IMG/VR virus record: IMGVR_UViG_3300023184_000035
Location: 1-64,000 of that record
Source: a virus
Strand: one strand, 5' to 3'
DNA length: 64,000 bases
The translations under genes were made by a program, and so were the position numbers. A model generated the notes under the pieces. That model was not told the origin of the DNA, made no database searches, and was given only the letters and a program-made list of their open reading frames with translations. Shown in pieces: positions 19,964-30,683 of the stretch (position 1 is its first letter; each line of letters starts with the position of its first letter).

Positions 19964-21709
19964 GTGGCAATCGTACAAGTATCAAGAATCACCACTCGCA
20001 AGGGCTTACTAGAAGACCTACCACAGCCCTTGGCTGGCGCCGAACTAGGCTGGGCCATTAATGAACGCCAATTATTCATTGGCAACGGCACATTAGAAGA
20101 AGGCGCACCTGTTGTAGGCAACACTGAAATCTTAACTGAATTTTCAGACATATTGGGATTTGCCACAGCATACACCTACAAAGGTCAGGCGGCTGGATAC
20201 ACTGTCCAAACTGGCGAAACTCCCGGTACCCCCGTAACACAAAGCCTGCAAAGTCGTCTGGACAGTTATGCCATCATCACTGACTTTGGTGCCACCGGTG
20301 ATGGACTCACCGATGACACCGAGGCTATCAATCGCGCATTGTACCAATTGTATTGTGTGCAGAACAACACTCAGATTCGCAGAAGTTTGTTCTTCCCTGC
20401 AGGCACATACGTGGTTACTGACACCATCCTCATTCCACCTTATGCCAAATTGTATGGTGAAGGTGCCAACAGCAGTATAATCAATTTCACAGTGCAAAAC
20501 TGGGCCGCAAGCACCAGTTATGCTGCTGGTGTGTTGGTGTACTACACTGCCACTTCGGCCTACTACCGAAGTCAGGCTGTGGTACCTGCCACAGGAATCG
20601 CAATAACAAACACTGCCTATTGGTCGTTGGTGTCATTACCTGATTATGTTGTGAGAACTGCAGACAGTTTGCAACAAACAGGTGTGAACATTGGTACAAA
20701 CGGTGCTGTGGCACCACAAAATATTGAAGTATCTGGACTGGCCATCAGAACCGATCAGGTACATGATGCAGTGTTGTTGCAGGCCGCAAGTGATTGTTAT
20801 TTTGACAGCTTGGATATTGCTGGACCGTTGACCACTACAGATTTAACAACATCAGCTGATGATACTGCGGCTATTCGTTGGGATAGCACAGTGAGTCTTG
20901 TTACCAAACAAGTCACCTGGAATAATTGTGTATTTGGTGGGTTTACTTACGGCACTGCCACAGACGAACAAGTGCAAGGTATCACTATCAGTAACAGCCG
21001 ATTTGACACACTATACCAAGGCGTATACCTTGGTGGTGCATCACCAGTAAATGGCGGGCCAACTGGATTTCGACTCATGCACAACACGTTTGACAATATC
21101 TATGTTGAAGGTGTGGTGATCAACAATGTGAGTTTGAATGCCACAGGATACAATGTATTCTATGATGTGGGCAACCATTTCCAAGGTGTTACTATTCCTG
21201 CCAGCTCAATTATTTCAATTGACGCTGACAACAACATCAGCGTTGGTGACATGTTCCAACGCACCACGGCACAGAGTTCAACTTATCCAAGAATTTATCT
21301 TTACAATATAACCACAGGCACAGTACCCATCAGTATTGGAGTAGATTCAGCAGCACAAACACAGTTAGGCAGTTATGTTCGAGAAACCGGCACACAAGCC
21401 ACATTGAGTGCCGGTTCAACCAATGCCACATTGTTTACAAAAAATTCAACCTTGGTCAAGGCATTCTCAATGAATTACACCATAGTTCGAGAAACGTCAG
21501 TGCGCACCGGCACAATGATCATTGTGAATGATGCAGATGATTCAGCAGGTGATGGATTTTCATGGACTGAAGACTATGTACAAAATTCAGATCCTGATGT
21601 GACATTGAATGTGACAGATTCGGGGTCAGTCATTACAGTGCAATACTCTAGTAGTAGTGTTCGCGGCGCAGGAAAGATTTATTACAGTCTCACGCATCTC
21701 GGCGTATAA
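19964..21709 (+). CDS. tail/virion protein with pectate-lyase-like beta-helix
   Basis: LAGAELGW N-motif; DFGATGDGLTDDTEAI and FFPAGTY. Confidence 0.8.
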   Translation: MAIVQVSRITTRKGLLEDLPQPLAGAELGWAINERQLFIGNGTLEEGAPVVGNTEILTEFSDILGFATAYTYKGQAAGYTVQTGETPGTPVTQSLQSRLDSYAIITDFGATGDGLTDDTEAINRALYQLYCVQNNTQIRRSLFFPAGTYVVTDTILIPPYAKLYGEGANSSIINFTVQNWAASTSYAAGVLVYYTATSAYYRSQAVVPATGIAITNTAYWSLVSLPDYVVRTADSLQQTGVNIGTNGAVAPQNIEVSGLAIRTDQVHDAVLLQAASDCYFDSLDIAGPLTTTDLTTSADDTAAIRWDSTVSLVTKQVTWNNCVFGGFTYGTATDEQVQGITISNSRFDTLYQGVYLGGASPVNGGPTGFRLMHNTFDNIYVEGVVINNVSLNATGYNVFYDVGNHFQGVTIPASSIISIDADNNISVGDMFQRTTAQSSTYPRIYLYNITTGTVPISIGVDSAAQTQLGSYVRETGTQATLSAGSTNATLFTKNSTLVKAFSMNYTIVRETSVRTGTMIIVNDADDSAGDGFSWTEDYVQNSDPDVTLNVTDSGSVITVQYSSSSVRGAGKIYYSLTHLGV

Positions 21710-21713
21710 CTAG

Positions 21714-22142
21714 TTGATGTGGCCACGTAGTTTTGCCGAAAGGCTGGAGTCTTGGGCAGACCTAAGACAGCATTGTGCAGATCTTGATCCTGAATCTGCT
21801 GTAACCAAAATCAACACCTGGTGGTTTCAATCACCTTGGTGTGCATATCATTTGCACTGGGATGATCAAGCAGACTGGCCTGATCCTTGGCAGTTGTTGA
21901 GCGACGATGTGTATTGTCCTCTTGCTCGCGGGCTGGGAATCCTGTATACTATAACACTGTTGGATCGTGCAGATCTGCAGGATGCTTGCATGATTGAGTA
22001 TCTAGGGGACAATTTAGTCCTGATTCGGGGTGAGAAATATATACTGAATTGGGATCCTGATCAAGTGTTAAATATCAGCCTGGGGAGTTCAAAACCCAGA
22101 CGGCGTGTCAGTCAAGAAGAAATAAAACAAAAAATTCGTTAG
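21714..22142 (+). CDS. hypothetical protein
   Basis: Trp-rich ORF directly upstream of nrdA. Confidence 0.7.
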   Translation: MMWPRSFAERLESWADLRQHCADLDPESAVTKINTWWFQSPWCAYHLHWDDQADWPDPWQLLSDDVYCPLARGLGILYTITLLDRADLQDACMIEYLGDNLVLIRGEKYILNWDPDQVLNISLGSSKPRRRVSQEEIKQKIR

Positions 22143-22148
22143 GACGAG

Positions 22149-24470
22149 ATGAAAAGCATTACAGTTGTAAAGCGCAGTGGCCTTCGTGAGCCGCTGGCAT
22201 TGGAGAAATGGCAGACTCAAATTGCCAAAGTATGCGCAGGCATAGCAGATGTTAGCCAGAGCATGGTGGAGATCAAAGCACAGTTGCACTTTTATGATGG
22301 TATTACCACCAAAGAAATTGACGGTATTACCTTACGTGCCATTGTGGACTTGATTGACGTGGAATCAAATCCTGATGTTGGGCACACCAACTATCAGTAT
22401 GTAGCAGGTAAACAGAGACTCAGCATGCTACGCAAAGACGTATACGGTAGTTACGATCCTCCTCACTTGTATGACATCGTGAAGACCAACGTGGCCACTG
22501 GTCTGTACACTCCTGAACTGCTAGAGTGGTATTCAGAAGACGACTGGAACCGCATGAATGACATGATTGACCATGCCAAGGATGAATCCTACAGTTATGC
22601 CGCAGTAGAGCAATTGATTGAAAAATACCTAGTAAAGAATCGTAGTACAGGACAAACATATGAAACCCCTCAAGTTAGATACATGGTGGCCGCGGCTACT
22701 GTGTTTCACAAAGAAGAGCCTAACTCAGCTAGAATGCGTTATATCAAAGAATATTATCAAGCCGCCAGTGATGGTTTGTTTACTCTTGCTACACCTGTGC
22801 TTGCAGGGCTCGGCACTCCTACTAAACAGTTTAGTTCCTGTGTGCTTATCAGGAGTGACGACGATCTTGATAGTATATTTGCTTCTGGTGAGATGATGGC
22901 CAAGTATGCCAGCAAACGTGCCGGCATTGGTTTGGAAATTGGTCGCTTACGTCCACTAGGCTCACCCATCCGTGGTGGCGAGATCATGCACACCGGCATG
23001 ATACCATTCTTAAAGAAATGGTTTGGTGATTTACGTTCATGTTCACAAGGAGGTATTCGTAATGCTAGTGCTACAGTGTTCTATCCAATTTGGCATCATC
23101 AGTTTGATGATCTTATTGTGCTTAAAAACAACCAGGGCACTGAAGAAACTCGGGTACGACACATGGACTACGGGGTGGTGCTGTCCGCATTTTTCTGGAG
23201 ACGATTCAAGAACAAAGAAAACATAACATTCTTTGATCCCAACCAAGTGCCAGACCTGTACGAAGCCTTTTATTCAAACACAGAACTGTTTGAGGAACTG
23301 TATGTAAAATACGAAAAGCGTAAAGACCTACGCACTAAGACTATGAGTGCTGAAGAAGTATTCAAGTCAGGCATACTAAAAGAACGTACTGACACTGGAC
23401 GCATCTACTTGGTGTTCATTGACAATGTCATGAGTCAAGGCCCATTCAACCCTGAATACCATACCATTTACCAGAGTAACCTTTGCTGTGAAATTCTTCT
23501 TCCTACTAAACCCTTTAAACGTCTGGATGACCGTGATGGTCGTATCGCTCTTTGCACACTGGGATCAATCAACTGGGGTGCGTTCCGTAATCCAGAAGAC
23601 ATGCGTCGTGCTTGCCGTATACTTCAGCGTAGCCTGTGTAACATTCTTGACTATCAAGACTTTCTCTCCATCCAGTCTCAACTCTCCAATGACGAGATCC
23701 AGCCCCTGGGCATTGGAATCACCAACCTTGCCTACTGGCACGCCAAACGCAGCCTCAAGTACGGAGAACGAGACGCCTTGGCTGAAGTCAAGACGTGGAT
23801 GGAACATCAAGCCTACTACTTGACCGAAGCCACAGTGGAACTGGCCAAAGAACGTGGTCGTTGCAAAGACTCAGACAAAACACGGTATGGACAAGGCATC
23901 TTCCCTTGGGAACTACGTGCCAAAGGGGTAAATGAACTTGCAGACTTCACACCTGATCCTGCACTGGACTGGAATACCCTGCGTGGCAACATGAGAGCAT
24001 ATGGTGTACGTAACGCCACATTGATGGCGGTGGCACCTGTGGAGAGCAGTAGTGTTGTGATCAACTCAACCAATGGCATTGAAATGCCCATGAGCCTCAT
24101 TAGTGTCAAAGAATCAAAAGCAGGCAGCCTTACACAAGTTGTGCCTGAGTATCACAGACTCAAAAACCGATATCAAATGATGTGGCAACAACAAGATTGT
24201 ATTGGATATTTGAAAACAGCCGCTGTGCTGGCAGCATACATTGACCAGAGTATCAGCACCAACACATTTTACAATCCTGCACACTGGCCAGATCGTAAGG
24301 TGCCCACAACACTGATTGCCAAAAACTTGATGCAAGCACATCATTGGGGTATTAAGACATTTTACTATAGTCTAATCAACAAACAAGGCGCCAAGGCAGA
24401 TAAAGAAGATGCACCATTGGAAGCTATAGACTTTGATGAGGCAGATGACTGCGAAAGTTGCAAACTTTAA
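22149..24470 (+). CDS. nrdA: ribonucleotide reductase class Ia alpha subunit
   Basis: ATP cone, SSCVL, SNLCCEI, KTFYY, C-terminal CESC. Confidence 0.97.
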   Translation: MKSITVVKRSGLREPLALEKWQTQIAKVCAGIADVSQSMVEIKAQLHFYDGITTKEIDGITLRAIVDLIDVESNPDVGHTNYQYVAGKQRLSMLRKDVYGSYDPPHLYDIVKTNVATGLYTPELLEWYSEDDWNRMNDMIDHAKDESYSYAAVEQLIEKYLVKNRSTGQTYETPQVRYMVAAATVFHKEEPNSARMRYIKEYYQAASDGLFTLATPVLAGLGTPTKQFSSCVLIRSDDDLDSIFASGEMMAKYASKRAGIGLEIGRLRPLGSPIRGGEIMHTGMIPFLKKWFGDLRSCSQGGIRNASATVFYPIWHHQFDDLIVLKNNQGTEETRVRHMDYGVVLSAFFWRRFKNKENITFFDPNQVPDLYEAFYSNTELFEELYVKYEKRKDLRTKTMSAEEVFKSGILKERTDTGRIYLVFIDNVMSQGPFNPEYHTIYQSNLCCEILLPTKPFKRLDDRDGRIALCTLGSINWGAFRNPEDMRRACRILQRSLCNILDYQDFLSIQSQLSNDEIQPLGIGITNLAYWHAKRSLKYGERDALAEVKTWMEHQAYYLTEATVELAKERGRCKDSDKTRYGQGIFPWELRAKGVNELADFTPDPALDWNTLRGNMRAYGVRNATLMAVAPVESSSVVINSTNGIEMPMSLISVKESKAGSLTQVVPEYHRLKNRYQMMWQQQDCIGYLKTAAVLAAYIDQSISTNTFYNPAHWPDRKVPTTLIAKNLMQAHHWGIKTFYYSLINKQGAKADKEDAPLEAIDFDEADDCESCKL

Positions 24471-24472
24471 AC

Positions 24473-25402
24473 ATGCAATTTTTAAAACACATTGATTTTC
24501 GATATCACGATGGAGTAAATCTGCCCATGATCAATGATTTCATGCGCAATCAATTTTATGATCGTGTGCTGTCAAGATATGTTGTCAATCAACGTTGTAC
24601 TGACATTGGATTTGGCACAGGACTGTTGTCAATGCTGGCACTCAAACACGGTGCTGAACATGTGCGAGCATTTGAGTCAGACCGTAACAGATATTTGTTG
24701 GGTTGTGAGATTATCAGTCAGTTAAAGTTGCAACACCGTATTGAATTGATACATGATCGATACACTACTTCAACACACGCACCAACTGCTGTTACATTTA
24801 CCGAAACTGTAAATGGTAACCTGTGGTGGGAAGGTTTGTGGAACAGTTTGCCACCACACCCAGGACACATATTTTTACCTGGTGAATATTTTTTAGAATT
24901 GTGGGCTGTGGAAGTTCCTGACAGTTTTGCCCGGGGACTGTGTAGAGTTGGGCAAACACAACAGTATTTTGCACCCGGCGTTGATGTTGACCCTGAGTTT
25001 GTTGCAGTGGTTGATGCACTGGCTGGGCGTGAACCAGCACCTGCATGCTTGCCATTGCCACAGGGCATAGTGCAATTTGAACGCCAGCAAGAAACTGACT
25101 GGGGATGGATTCCTTACATGCGAGCAGTGCAAGCAGGCAGTGTGGTTGCCAAGTATCACGCAAAGTATCATCAGGATGGGCAAACAGAATTTGTACTCAC
25201 AGTACCAACTGACAAATGGCATAATAAGACAGTGTTGATTGTGCCACGAATGGGCATGCAACAAGATCAGGATCGATTGTATCTAGACACTGGACACTGG
25301 GGGCCAGGCGAGAATCCAGTGTTGTTGGTAAATCCCCAAAATACATTGGTTGTAACACACAACATAAAAAGTGGAATAATTAACTATTCCCAAGGAACAT
25401 AA
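24473..25402 (+). CDS. SAM-dependent methyltransferase, PRMT-like
   Basis: MIND..RNQFY, DIGFGTGLLSMLA..GA..V.AFE, TE..N..EG. Confidence 0.75.
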   Translation: MQFLKHIDFRYHDGVNLPMINDFMRNQFYDRVLSRYVVNQRCTDIGFGTGLLSMLALKHGAEHVRAFESDRNRYLLGCEIISQLKLQHRIELIHDRYTTSTHAPTAVTFTETVNGNLWWEGLWNSLPPHPGHIFLPGEYFLELWAVEVPDSFARGLCRVGQTQQYFAPGVDVDPEFVAVVDALAGREPAPACLPLPQGIVQFERQQETDWGWIPYMRAVQAGSVVAKYHAKYHQDGQTEFVLTVPTDKWHNKTVLIVPRMGMQQDQDRLYLDTGHWGPGENPVLLVNPQNTLVVTHNIKSGIINYSQGT

Positions 25403-25403
25403 C

Positions 25404-26516
25404 ATGAGCAAAGAACAATACAATCTCGCAACAAAAACAGACTACCTACACCGCAAGATGTTTCTTGATCCAGCAGGACCTGTCACAATCCAACGCTTTG
25501 AAGAAGTCAAATACAACAAACTTGTGAAGTTTGAGCAAGAGGCACGTGGCTTTTTTTGGATCCCTGAAGAGGTGTCCTTGACCAAAGACGCTAACGACTT
25601 CAAAGAATCGTCAGACACTGTGCGACACATCTTTACCAGTAACCTGTTGCGTCAAACCGCCTTGGACAGTTTGCAAGGACGTGGTCCTGCACAGGTGTTT
25701 ACTCCTGTTGTGAGCATTCCTGAACTGGAAGCCTTGATGTACAACTGGAGTTTCTTTGAAACCAACATCCACAGTAGAAGTTACAGTCACATCATTCGCA
25801 ACATCTACAACGTGCCCAAAGATGTGTTCAACACCATTCATGACACACAAGAGATCGTGGACATGGCATCAAGTGTGGGCAACTACTATGACGAACTACA
25901 CAGAATAAATTGCCATAAAGAATTAAGCAGTGAAATGACAGGCATGGTTCTCGAACAAGAACACATCAAGGCCATCTGGTTAGCACTGAATGCGTCATAT
26001 GCATTGGAAGCATTCCGTTTCATGGTAAGTTTTGCCACAAGCCTGGCCATGGTTGAGAACCGTATCTTTATTGGCAATGGCAACATCATTAGTCTAATCC
26101 TGCAAGATGAAATCCTGCACAAAGACTGGACTGCTTGGATCATCAATCAAGTTGTGAAAGAAGATCCACGCTTTGCTGCCGCCCGAGCCGAATGTGAAGC
26201 TGAAGTGTACCAAATGTACTTGGATGTTATCCGTGAAGAAAAAGTCTGGGCCGACTACTTGTTCCAGAAAGGTCCTGTGATCGGACTCAATGCCAACATT
26301 CTCAAAGACTTTGTGGACTACACAGCAGTGGGCGCACTCAAAGAAATTGGCGTCAAGTACTTGGAGCCTGCACCGCGTAGTACACCCATTCCTTGGTTTA
26401 TGAAGCATGTGGACACCTCCAAGAAACAATCTGCACTGCAAGAGACAGAGAGTACCAATTATGTTTTGGGAGTTATGTCGGAAGAGTTAGATTACGATGA
26501 TTTACCAAATTTATAA
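25404..26516 (+). CDS. nrdB: ribonucleotide reductase class Ia beta subunit
   Basis: FWIPEE, ETNIHSRSY, LEAFRF, DEILH, QETE..Y. Confidence 0.97.
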   Translation: MSKEQYNLATKTDYLHRKMFLDPAGPVTIQRFEEVKYNKLVKFEQEARGFFWIPEEVSLTKDANDFKESSDTVRHIFTSNLLRQTALDSLQGRGPAQVFTPVVSIPELEALMYNWSFFETNIHSRSYSHIIRNIYNVPKDVFNTIHDTQEIVDMASSVGNYYDELHRINCHKELSSEMTGMVLEQEHIKAIWLALNASYALEAFRFMVSFATSLAMVENRIFIGNGNIISLILQDEILHKDWTAWIINQVVKEDPRFAAARAECEAEVYQMYLDVIREEKVWADYLFQKGPVIGLNANILKDFVDYTAVGALKEIGVKYLEPAPRSTPIPWFMKHVDTSKKQSALQETESTNYVLGVMSEELDYDDLPNL

Positions 26517-26524
26517 GGAATAAT

Positions 26525-26746
26525 ATGAAAGCAATAATCTGGAGTCGAGACCAATGCGCCTTCTGCGAGCAAGCCAAAAACTTGTTGGAAAGTCGAGGCA
26601 TTGAATACGAAGTGCGCAACATCAGTCACGACTGGACACGTGAACAACTGCTAGAAGCAGTGCCCGCTGCCAGATCAGTACCACAAATCTTCTTGGATGA
26701 AGAATATGTGGGCGGATTTCAGGAACTGCGCCAAAGGTTGATGTAA
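26525..26746 (+). CDS. glutaredoxin
   Basis: CAFC, SVPQIF, YVGG. Confidence 0.93.
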   Translation: MKAIIWSRDQCAFCEQAKNLLESRGIEYEVRNISHDWTREQLLEAVPAARSVPQIFLDEEYVGGFQELRQRLM

Positions 26747-27351
26747 TGCCACAATTCACATCTGACTGGTTCAGCAATGCACTGGTCAACTTTGATTTCA
26801 TTACCAACTACTTACAAAAACAAAAAACAGTTGATAGCATATTAGAAATAGGCAGCCATGAAGGCCGCAGTACCTGTTGGATGTTGGAAAACATGCTGGC
26901 AGACACAGGCACCATTACCTGTGTTGATCCATTTGCGGATCGTCCTGTGACAGCATTCAGTTATGATAGCATACCAGAAGATCGCAGCATTGAACAAATC
27001 TTTCGTGCCAACACTGCAGAAGTTAAGAAGCCTGGACAAACTGTAGAAGTAATACCCAACATGAGTTTCCCTGCATTGGCACAGCTGATTGTGGATCAAC
27101 GTCAATATGACTTTGTCTATGTGGATGGCAGTCACAATGCAGATGACGCCTTGGCAGATGCTGTGATGTGCTTTGGACTGCTGCGGCCAGGCGGCGTAAT
27201 GTTGTTTGACGATTACTTGTGGGAGGATGATCAGCACTACTTGGGTCGTTGCAAGCAAAGCATTGATGCCTTTGTGAACATGTTTTATCACAGGCTCAAG
27301 TTAGGCCTGGTAAATTATCAGTTGGCAATAGTTAAAAAGGAACTAGAATGA
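26746..27351 (+). CDS. class I SAM methyltransferase (Methyltransf_24-like)
   Basis: LEIGSHEGRS, YVDGSH, LRPGGVMLFDDY. Confidence 0.88.
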   Translation: MPQFTSDWFSNALVNFDFITNYLQKQKTVDSILEIGSHEGRSTCWMLENMLADTGTITCVDPFADRPVTAFSYDSIPEDRSIEQIFRANTAEVKKPGQTVEVIPNMSFPALAQLIVDQRQYDFVYVDGSHNADDALADAVMCFGLLRPGGVMLFDDYLWEDDQHYLGRCKQSIDAFVNMFYHRLKLGLVNYQLAIVKKELE

Positions 27352-27647
27352 GCGTCGAAATAGGAAAAACATACACCATGCGCATGGGCTATGGTGAAGA
27401 AATTGTAGCAAAAATCACAGGATTCAACAGCAGTACTTACACACTGAGCAAGCCAGTAGCAGTGGTGCCCGGACAGCAAGGTATACAGTTGATGAACAGT
27501 TTGTTCACCGCAGATCCTGAGGCAGAAGTCACGGTAAATATATCTAGCGTGGCCATGATTGCCCCTGTGCGTGAAGACGTGGGGGACAGTTATTTGGAAG
27601 CCACAACAGGCATCAAGCCTGTGCGCAGTAAAATCTTAATGGGATAA
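27348..27647 (+). CDS. hypothetical protein (possible Sm-like fold)
   Basis: GEEIVAK..L..P pattern. Confidence 0.65.
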   Translation: MSVEIGKTYTMRMGYGEEIVAKITGFNSSTYTLSKPVAVVPGQQGIQLMNSLFTADPEAEVTVNISSVAMIAPVREDVGDSYLEATTGIKPVRSKILMG

Positions 27648-27648
27648 C

Positions 27649-27933
27649 ATGCCAGCAGTACAACGACAGGGAGATCCAAACGGTTCAGGTGGTGTAAACA
27701 CTTCTGGTGTGGCTTCTGTGCGAGTAAACGGTCGTCCTATTGTTGTACCTGGAATTAGTGTAACACCACATCCTTGCTGCGGCGATCCTGGTTGCGGAAT
27801 ACATTGCTCAGCAGTGACATCAGGTGGGTCAGGCACAGTACGTGCTGGCGGACGTCCTGTGATACGTGATGGTGATAGTGACACTTGCGGACACAGTCGT
27901 GTGGCAGGATCTAGTACAGTGAGAGCAGGATAA
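27649..27933 (+). CDS. PAAR spike-tip protein (gp5.4-like)
   Basis: R.GD, VNGRP, H..C, GD.DTCGH, GSSTV. Confidence 0.9.
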   Translation: MPAVQRQGDPNGSGGVNTSGVASVRVNGRPIVVPGISVTPHPCCGDPGCGIHCSAVTSGGSGTVRAGGRPVIRDGDSDTCGHSRVAGSSTVRAG

Positions 27934-29087
27934 TGGCCGAGTCAACAGCAACACCACTACAACTCACAGCAGGTGTGGGATTTTACTCAGGCAATGCAAT
28001 AACAGCCAACACCCAATTGGCCAATAACATTGCCAGTTACAATGCTCTTGCACCCATAGCCAATTTGGTTTACACCATTGGTCAGGCCACAAGCAATGTC
28101 ACGCTGGCCATCAGTGCTGGAACATTGGCCAGTCTCAAAGCCATTGGTGCCAGCGTGTCGGGCAACTATTGTCCTGCCCTGGGCGATTCAGTACCCAGCA
28201 ATGTTTCATGGACTGTGGGCAGTGCAGGATATGCCACATCAATTTCCACAGCAGGCAGCACGTATTTGGGTGGCGGCGACTTTAGTAAGTTTGCGCAGGC
28301 ATTTGGTGCGGCACAAGGTTACATTGCACTCACAAACAATGTCATACTCAGTGCAGTCAACGTCAACAGTGATGACTATCTTGGTCCCACATTCAGCAAC
28401 ATGAACAACCTAATCACTGGAGACATAGCCAAGGTCAATTTGGCTTTTCCAGCATTTGGTGCTGATCTTGAAGCTTCGGGTGATTTAATTGATTTTGAAA
28501 ACGTTGACATGTTTGGTACGCCAGCTGTGTTGTTGCATCAGTTGGCAGTGAAAGGTAACATGTTGAATGGCTCTACTCCTTGTGTGACCAATGAATTAAA
28601 AACTCAAGGATTAACAGATCAAAATATTTCTGATCTTGTAAATCTTAATGTTCAAAGTTTGTTTAATCCTAATGGATTGACCAAAAATGCTTTTGATACA
28701 CTACAACAACGTGCGTATCCTGCATTGTGTAACGTGACTGGATCATGTTTGCAGGATGTGTTGGACATATTGGCATGTACCTTGCCAAATATTTCCAAGA
28801 TGTGCGAACTGTTGAACCCTGTAAAGATATTCCCCACAAGTTATTCGAGTTTGACGCTGCCTACCCCTGATGGACCTGTGCTGATATATGACACAACTGG
28901 TGCAGTAAACAGTGTGGTTACTCCCATATTGAATTCAGGTGTGTTGACTCCAGTGGGGTGTGATGACTTGAGCAAAATAATTCCTCCAGCCAATGCTGCT
29001 GCCGCTCGTGCGCTGCAAATTGCATTTCAACAGGTCAAAGGCATCACTGGAACAACTGGACCCAAACTGGCAGCAATATTACAATGA
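27933..29087 (+). CDS. virion structural protein (baseplate region)
   Basis: A/G/N/T-rich; coupled to PAAR. Confidence 0.6.
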   Translation: MAESTATPLQLTAGVGFYSGNAITANTQLANNIASYNALAPIANLVYTIGQATSNVTLAISAGTLASLKAIGASVSGNYCPALGDSVPSNVSWTVGSAGYATSISTAGSTYLGGGDFSKFAQAFGAAQGYIALTNNVILSAVNVNSDDYLGPTFSNMNNLITGDIAKVNLAFPAFGADLEASGDLIDFENVDMFGTPAVLLHQLAVKGNMLNGSTPCVTNELKTQGLTDQNISDLVNLNVQSLFNPNGLTKNAFDTLQQRAYPALCNVTGSCLQDVLDILACTLPNISKMCELLNPVKIFPTSYSSLTLPTPDGPVLIYDTTGAVNSVVTPILNSGVLTPVGCDDLSKIIPPANAAAARALQIAFQQVKGITGTTGPKLAAILQ

Positions 29088-29935
29088 CCACACTAGCACA
29101 AACCGCCGCAGAAACTGCCACATACTCACAACGACTAGGCACCTTGAAAGGCCTGGACTTGATTGCCAACACTACTACACCTGTGCCTGCAGCGGTAGCC
29201 ACATACTATGATACCAACATAGCCCTGGGGTCAGGACCCAGTGGTACATTTTTAACCACAGACTTTTTTGGCTCAGCTGCTGGCATTCCCTACAACACCA
29301 ACTTGGCCACAGTCACATCAACCATCTCAGCACAACTCACAGCAGGCACACTGACCACACTAAACACTGTGTACTCTTATATGAAGACCTTGGTAACTGG
29401 TGGCTATGGGTTGCCAGGAGCAATAGCTCTTCCTGCACCGTATAACGCAGGTAATCCTTATGCTTCATATGATGCAGCCTTGGTTGCATTGATTACTGGA
29501 GCAGATGCTGCCGTTGGCGCAGCCATCTCAGCCATGGGCGCCACCACAACTGCCACATTAAATACCGCCTGGACTGAGATGACCACACACAGTGCCAACG
29601 AAAGTACATTCCAAACTTTAGCATCAATTAATTTTTCAACACTGACTGCTGGCGCACAGTTGCCCATCACTGCGTTTATTCCTTCACTTGCTGGCTACGG
29701 CAAAGAAACACAAACAGGCATGGCCGCTGAATTTTTGGAAAGCATTGCCAACACTGCCAATCAGTATGGCCAGGCCATGGTAGGTGCGCTACGCGAAGGT
29801 CGCAACACTGCCGGACTTGATGCCATTAACTTGAAAATTGACAATGCAGTACCACAGCAACCCAATGCGGTGCCGCCGCAGGCCACGCTGAGTAGCAGTA
29901 CATACACACCCGCCGAAGCCAGAGCACTGGTGTAA
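29084..29935 (+). CDS. virion structural protein
   Basis: A/T-rich; ATGA overlap. Confidence 0.6.
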   Translation: MTTLAQTAAETATYSQRLGTLKGLDLIANTTTPVPAAVATYYDTNIALGSGPSGTFLTTDFFGSAAGIPYNTNLATVTSTISAQLTAGTLTTLNTVYSYMKTLVTGGYGLPGAIALPAPYNAGNPYASYDAALVALITGADAAVGAAISAMGATTTATLNTAWTEMTTHSANESTFQTLASINFSTLTAGAQLPITAFIPSLAGYGKETQTGMAAEFLESIANTANQYGQAMVGALREGRNTAGLDAINLKIDNAVPQQPNAVPPQATLSSSTYTPAEARALV

Positions 29936-29940
29936 CGCTC

Positions 29941-29971
29941 AAGTACTACCGTAAAAAAGTAGTACTTTTTT
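29941..29971 (+). terminator. hairpin/terminator
   Basis: AAGTACTAC-loop-GTAGTACTT followed by a T run. Confidence 0.6.
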
Positions 29972-29976
29972 GTGAC

Positions 29977-30005
29977 TTGACCAGAAATTCCCTTTTTGCT
30001 ATACT
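29977..30005 (+). promoter_or_regulatory. phage early promoter (TTGACC family)
   Basis: TTGACC-17 nt-TATACT with extended TG. Confidence 0.8.
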
Positions 30006-30035
30006 AGTGGCATACAAAGCAAAAAGGAGCCTGAA

Positions 30036-30314
30036 ATGAGTTATTACATTGTTGCAAAAGGTACTGGGATGATTGTTACAGATGGTCCCCACAAAACCCG
30101 TGCATACAAAACTTTTGGTGCCGCACGTGCCACCCGGACACGCCTGTGCAACAAAGCAGGCTGGATCGCGGACGAACTCAGCATCATTGCCACCAAGTAC
30201 TACACACCCAAGATGGTCGAACGGGTCAACATCATGACTGGCGAGAAGTTCAAGGAAGATGTCAACACACCGCACTTCTGCTCACCCAGCTCAGAATCAT
30301 TCTGGAGCATGTAA
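30036..30314 (+). CDS. early hypothetical protein
   Basis: AAGGAG SD; C-terminal TPHFCSPSSESFWSM. Confidence 0.8.
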   Translation: MSYYIVAKGTGMIVTDGPHKTRAYKTFGAARATRTRLCNKAGWIADELSIIATKYYTPKMVERVNIMTGEKFKEDVNTPHFCSPSSESFWSM

Positions 30315-30339
30315 TACTTGAGTATTACCGTTTTGGTGG

Positions 30340-30368
30340 TTGACCAATAATTGCCAAAATGCTATAAT
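30340..30368 (+). promoter_or_regulatory. phage early promoter (TTGACC family)
   Basis: TTGACC-17 nt-TATAAT, preceded by near-palindrome GTAATACTTGAGTATTAC (30311-30328). Confidence 0.85.
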
Positions 30369-30398
30369 ATGGACATATTGTAACAAAAGGAGCCCAAG

Positions 30399-30683
30399 AT
30401 GACTACATACGCAACAATCCAAGAAATCAACACCGCGATCATGTTCAGCAATTTTACAAACGAACAACTCAACAGCATCAATGATGCGGTGAGCTATGCT
30501 CGTGCCCAGCTTCGTGCTGTAAAGATCCGCTCGTTCACCAAAGGTGATACTGTGAAGTTCCACAGCATCAAACGTGGTGTCACTGTGACAGGCACAGTGA
30601 CCAAGGTTGCCATCAAATATGTCACAGTCAAAGACGGTGTGACGCTGTGGAAGGTGCCAGCCAACATGTTGGAAGCCGCATAA
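30399..30683 (+). CDS. early hypothetical protein (SH3-like C-terminus)
   Basis: AAGGAG SD; GDTVKF..GTVTKV..WKVP. Confidence 0.8.
   Translation: MTTYATIQEINTAIMFSNFTNEQLNSINDAVSYARAQLRAVKIRSFTKGDTVKFHSIKRGVTVTGTVTKVAIKYVTVKDGVTLWKVPANMLEAA

Noticed and set aside
22149-26516. Introns, inteins or homing endonucleases in nrdA/nrdB, the helicase or the ligase
   Set aside because: The ORFs are continuous and of normal length, and the nrdA-nrdB insert is a methyltransferase
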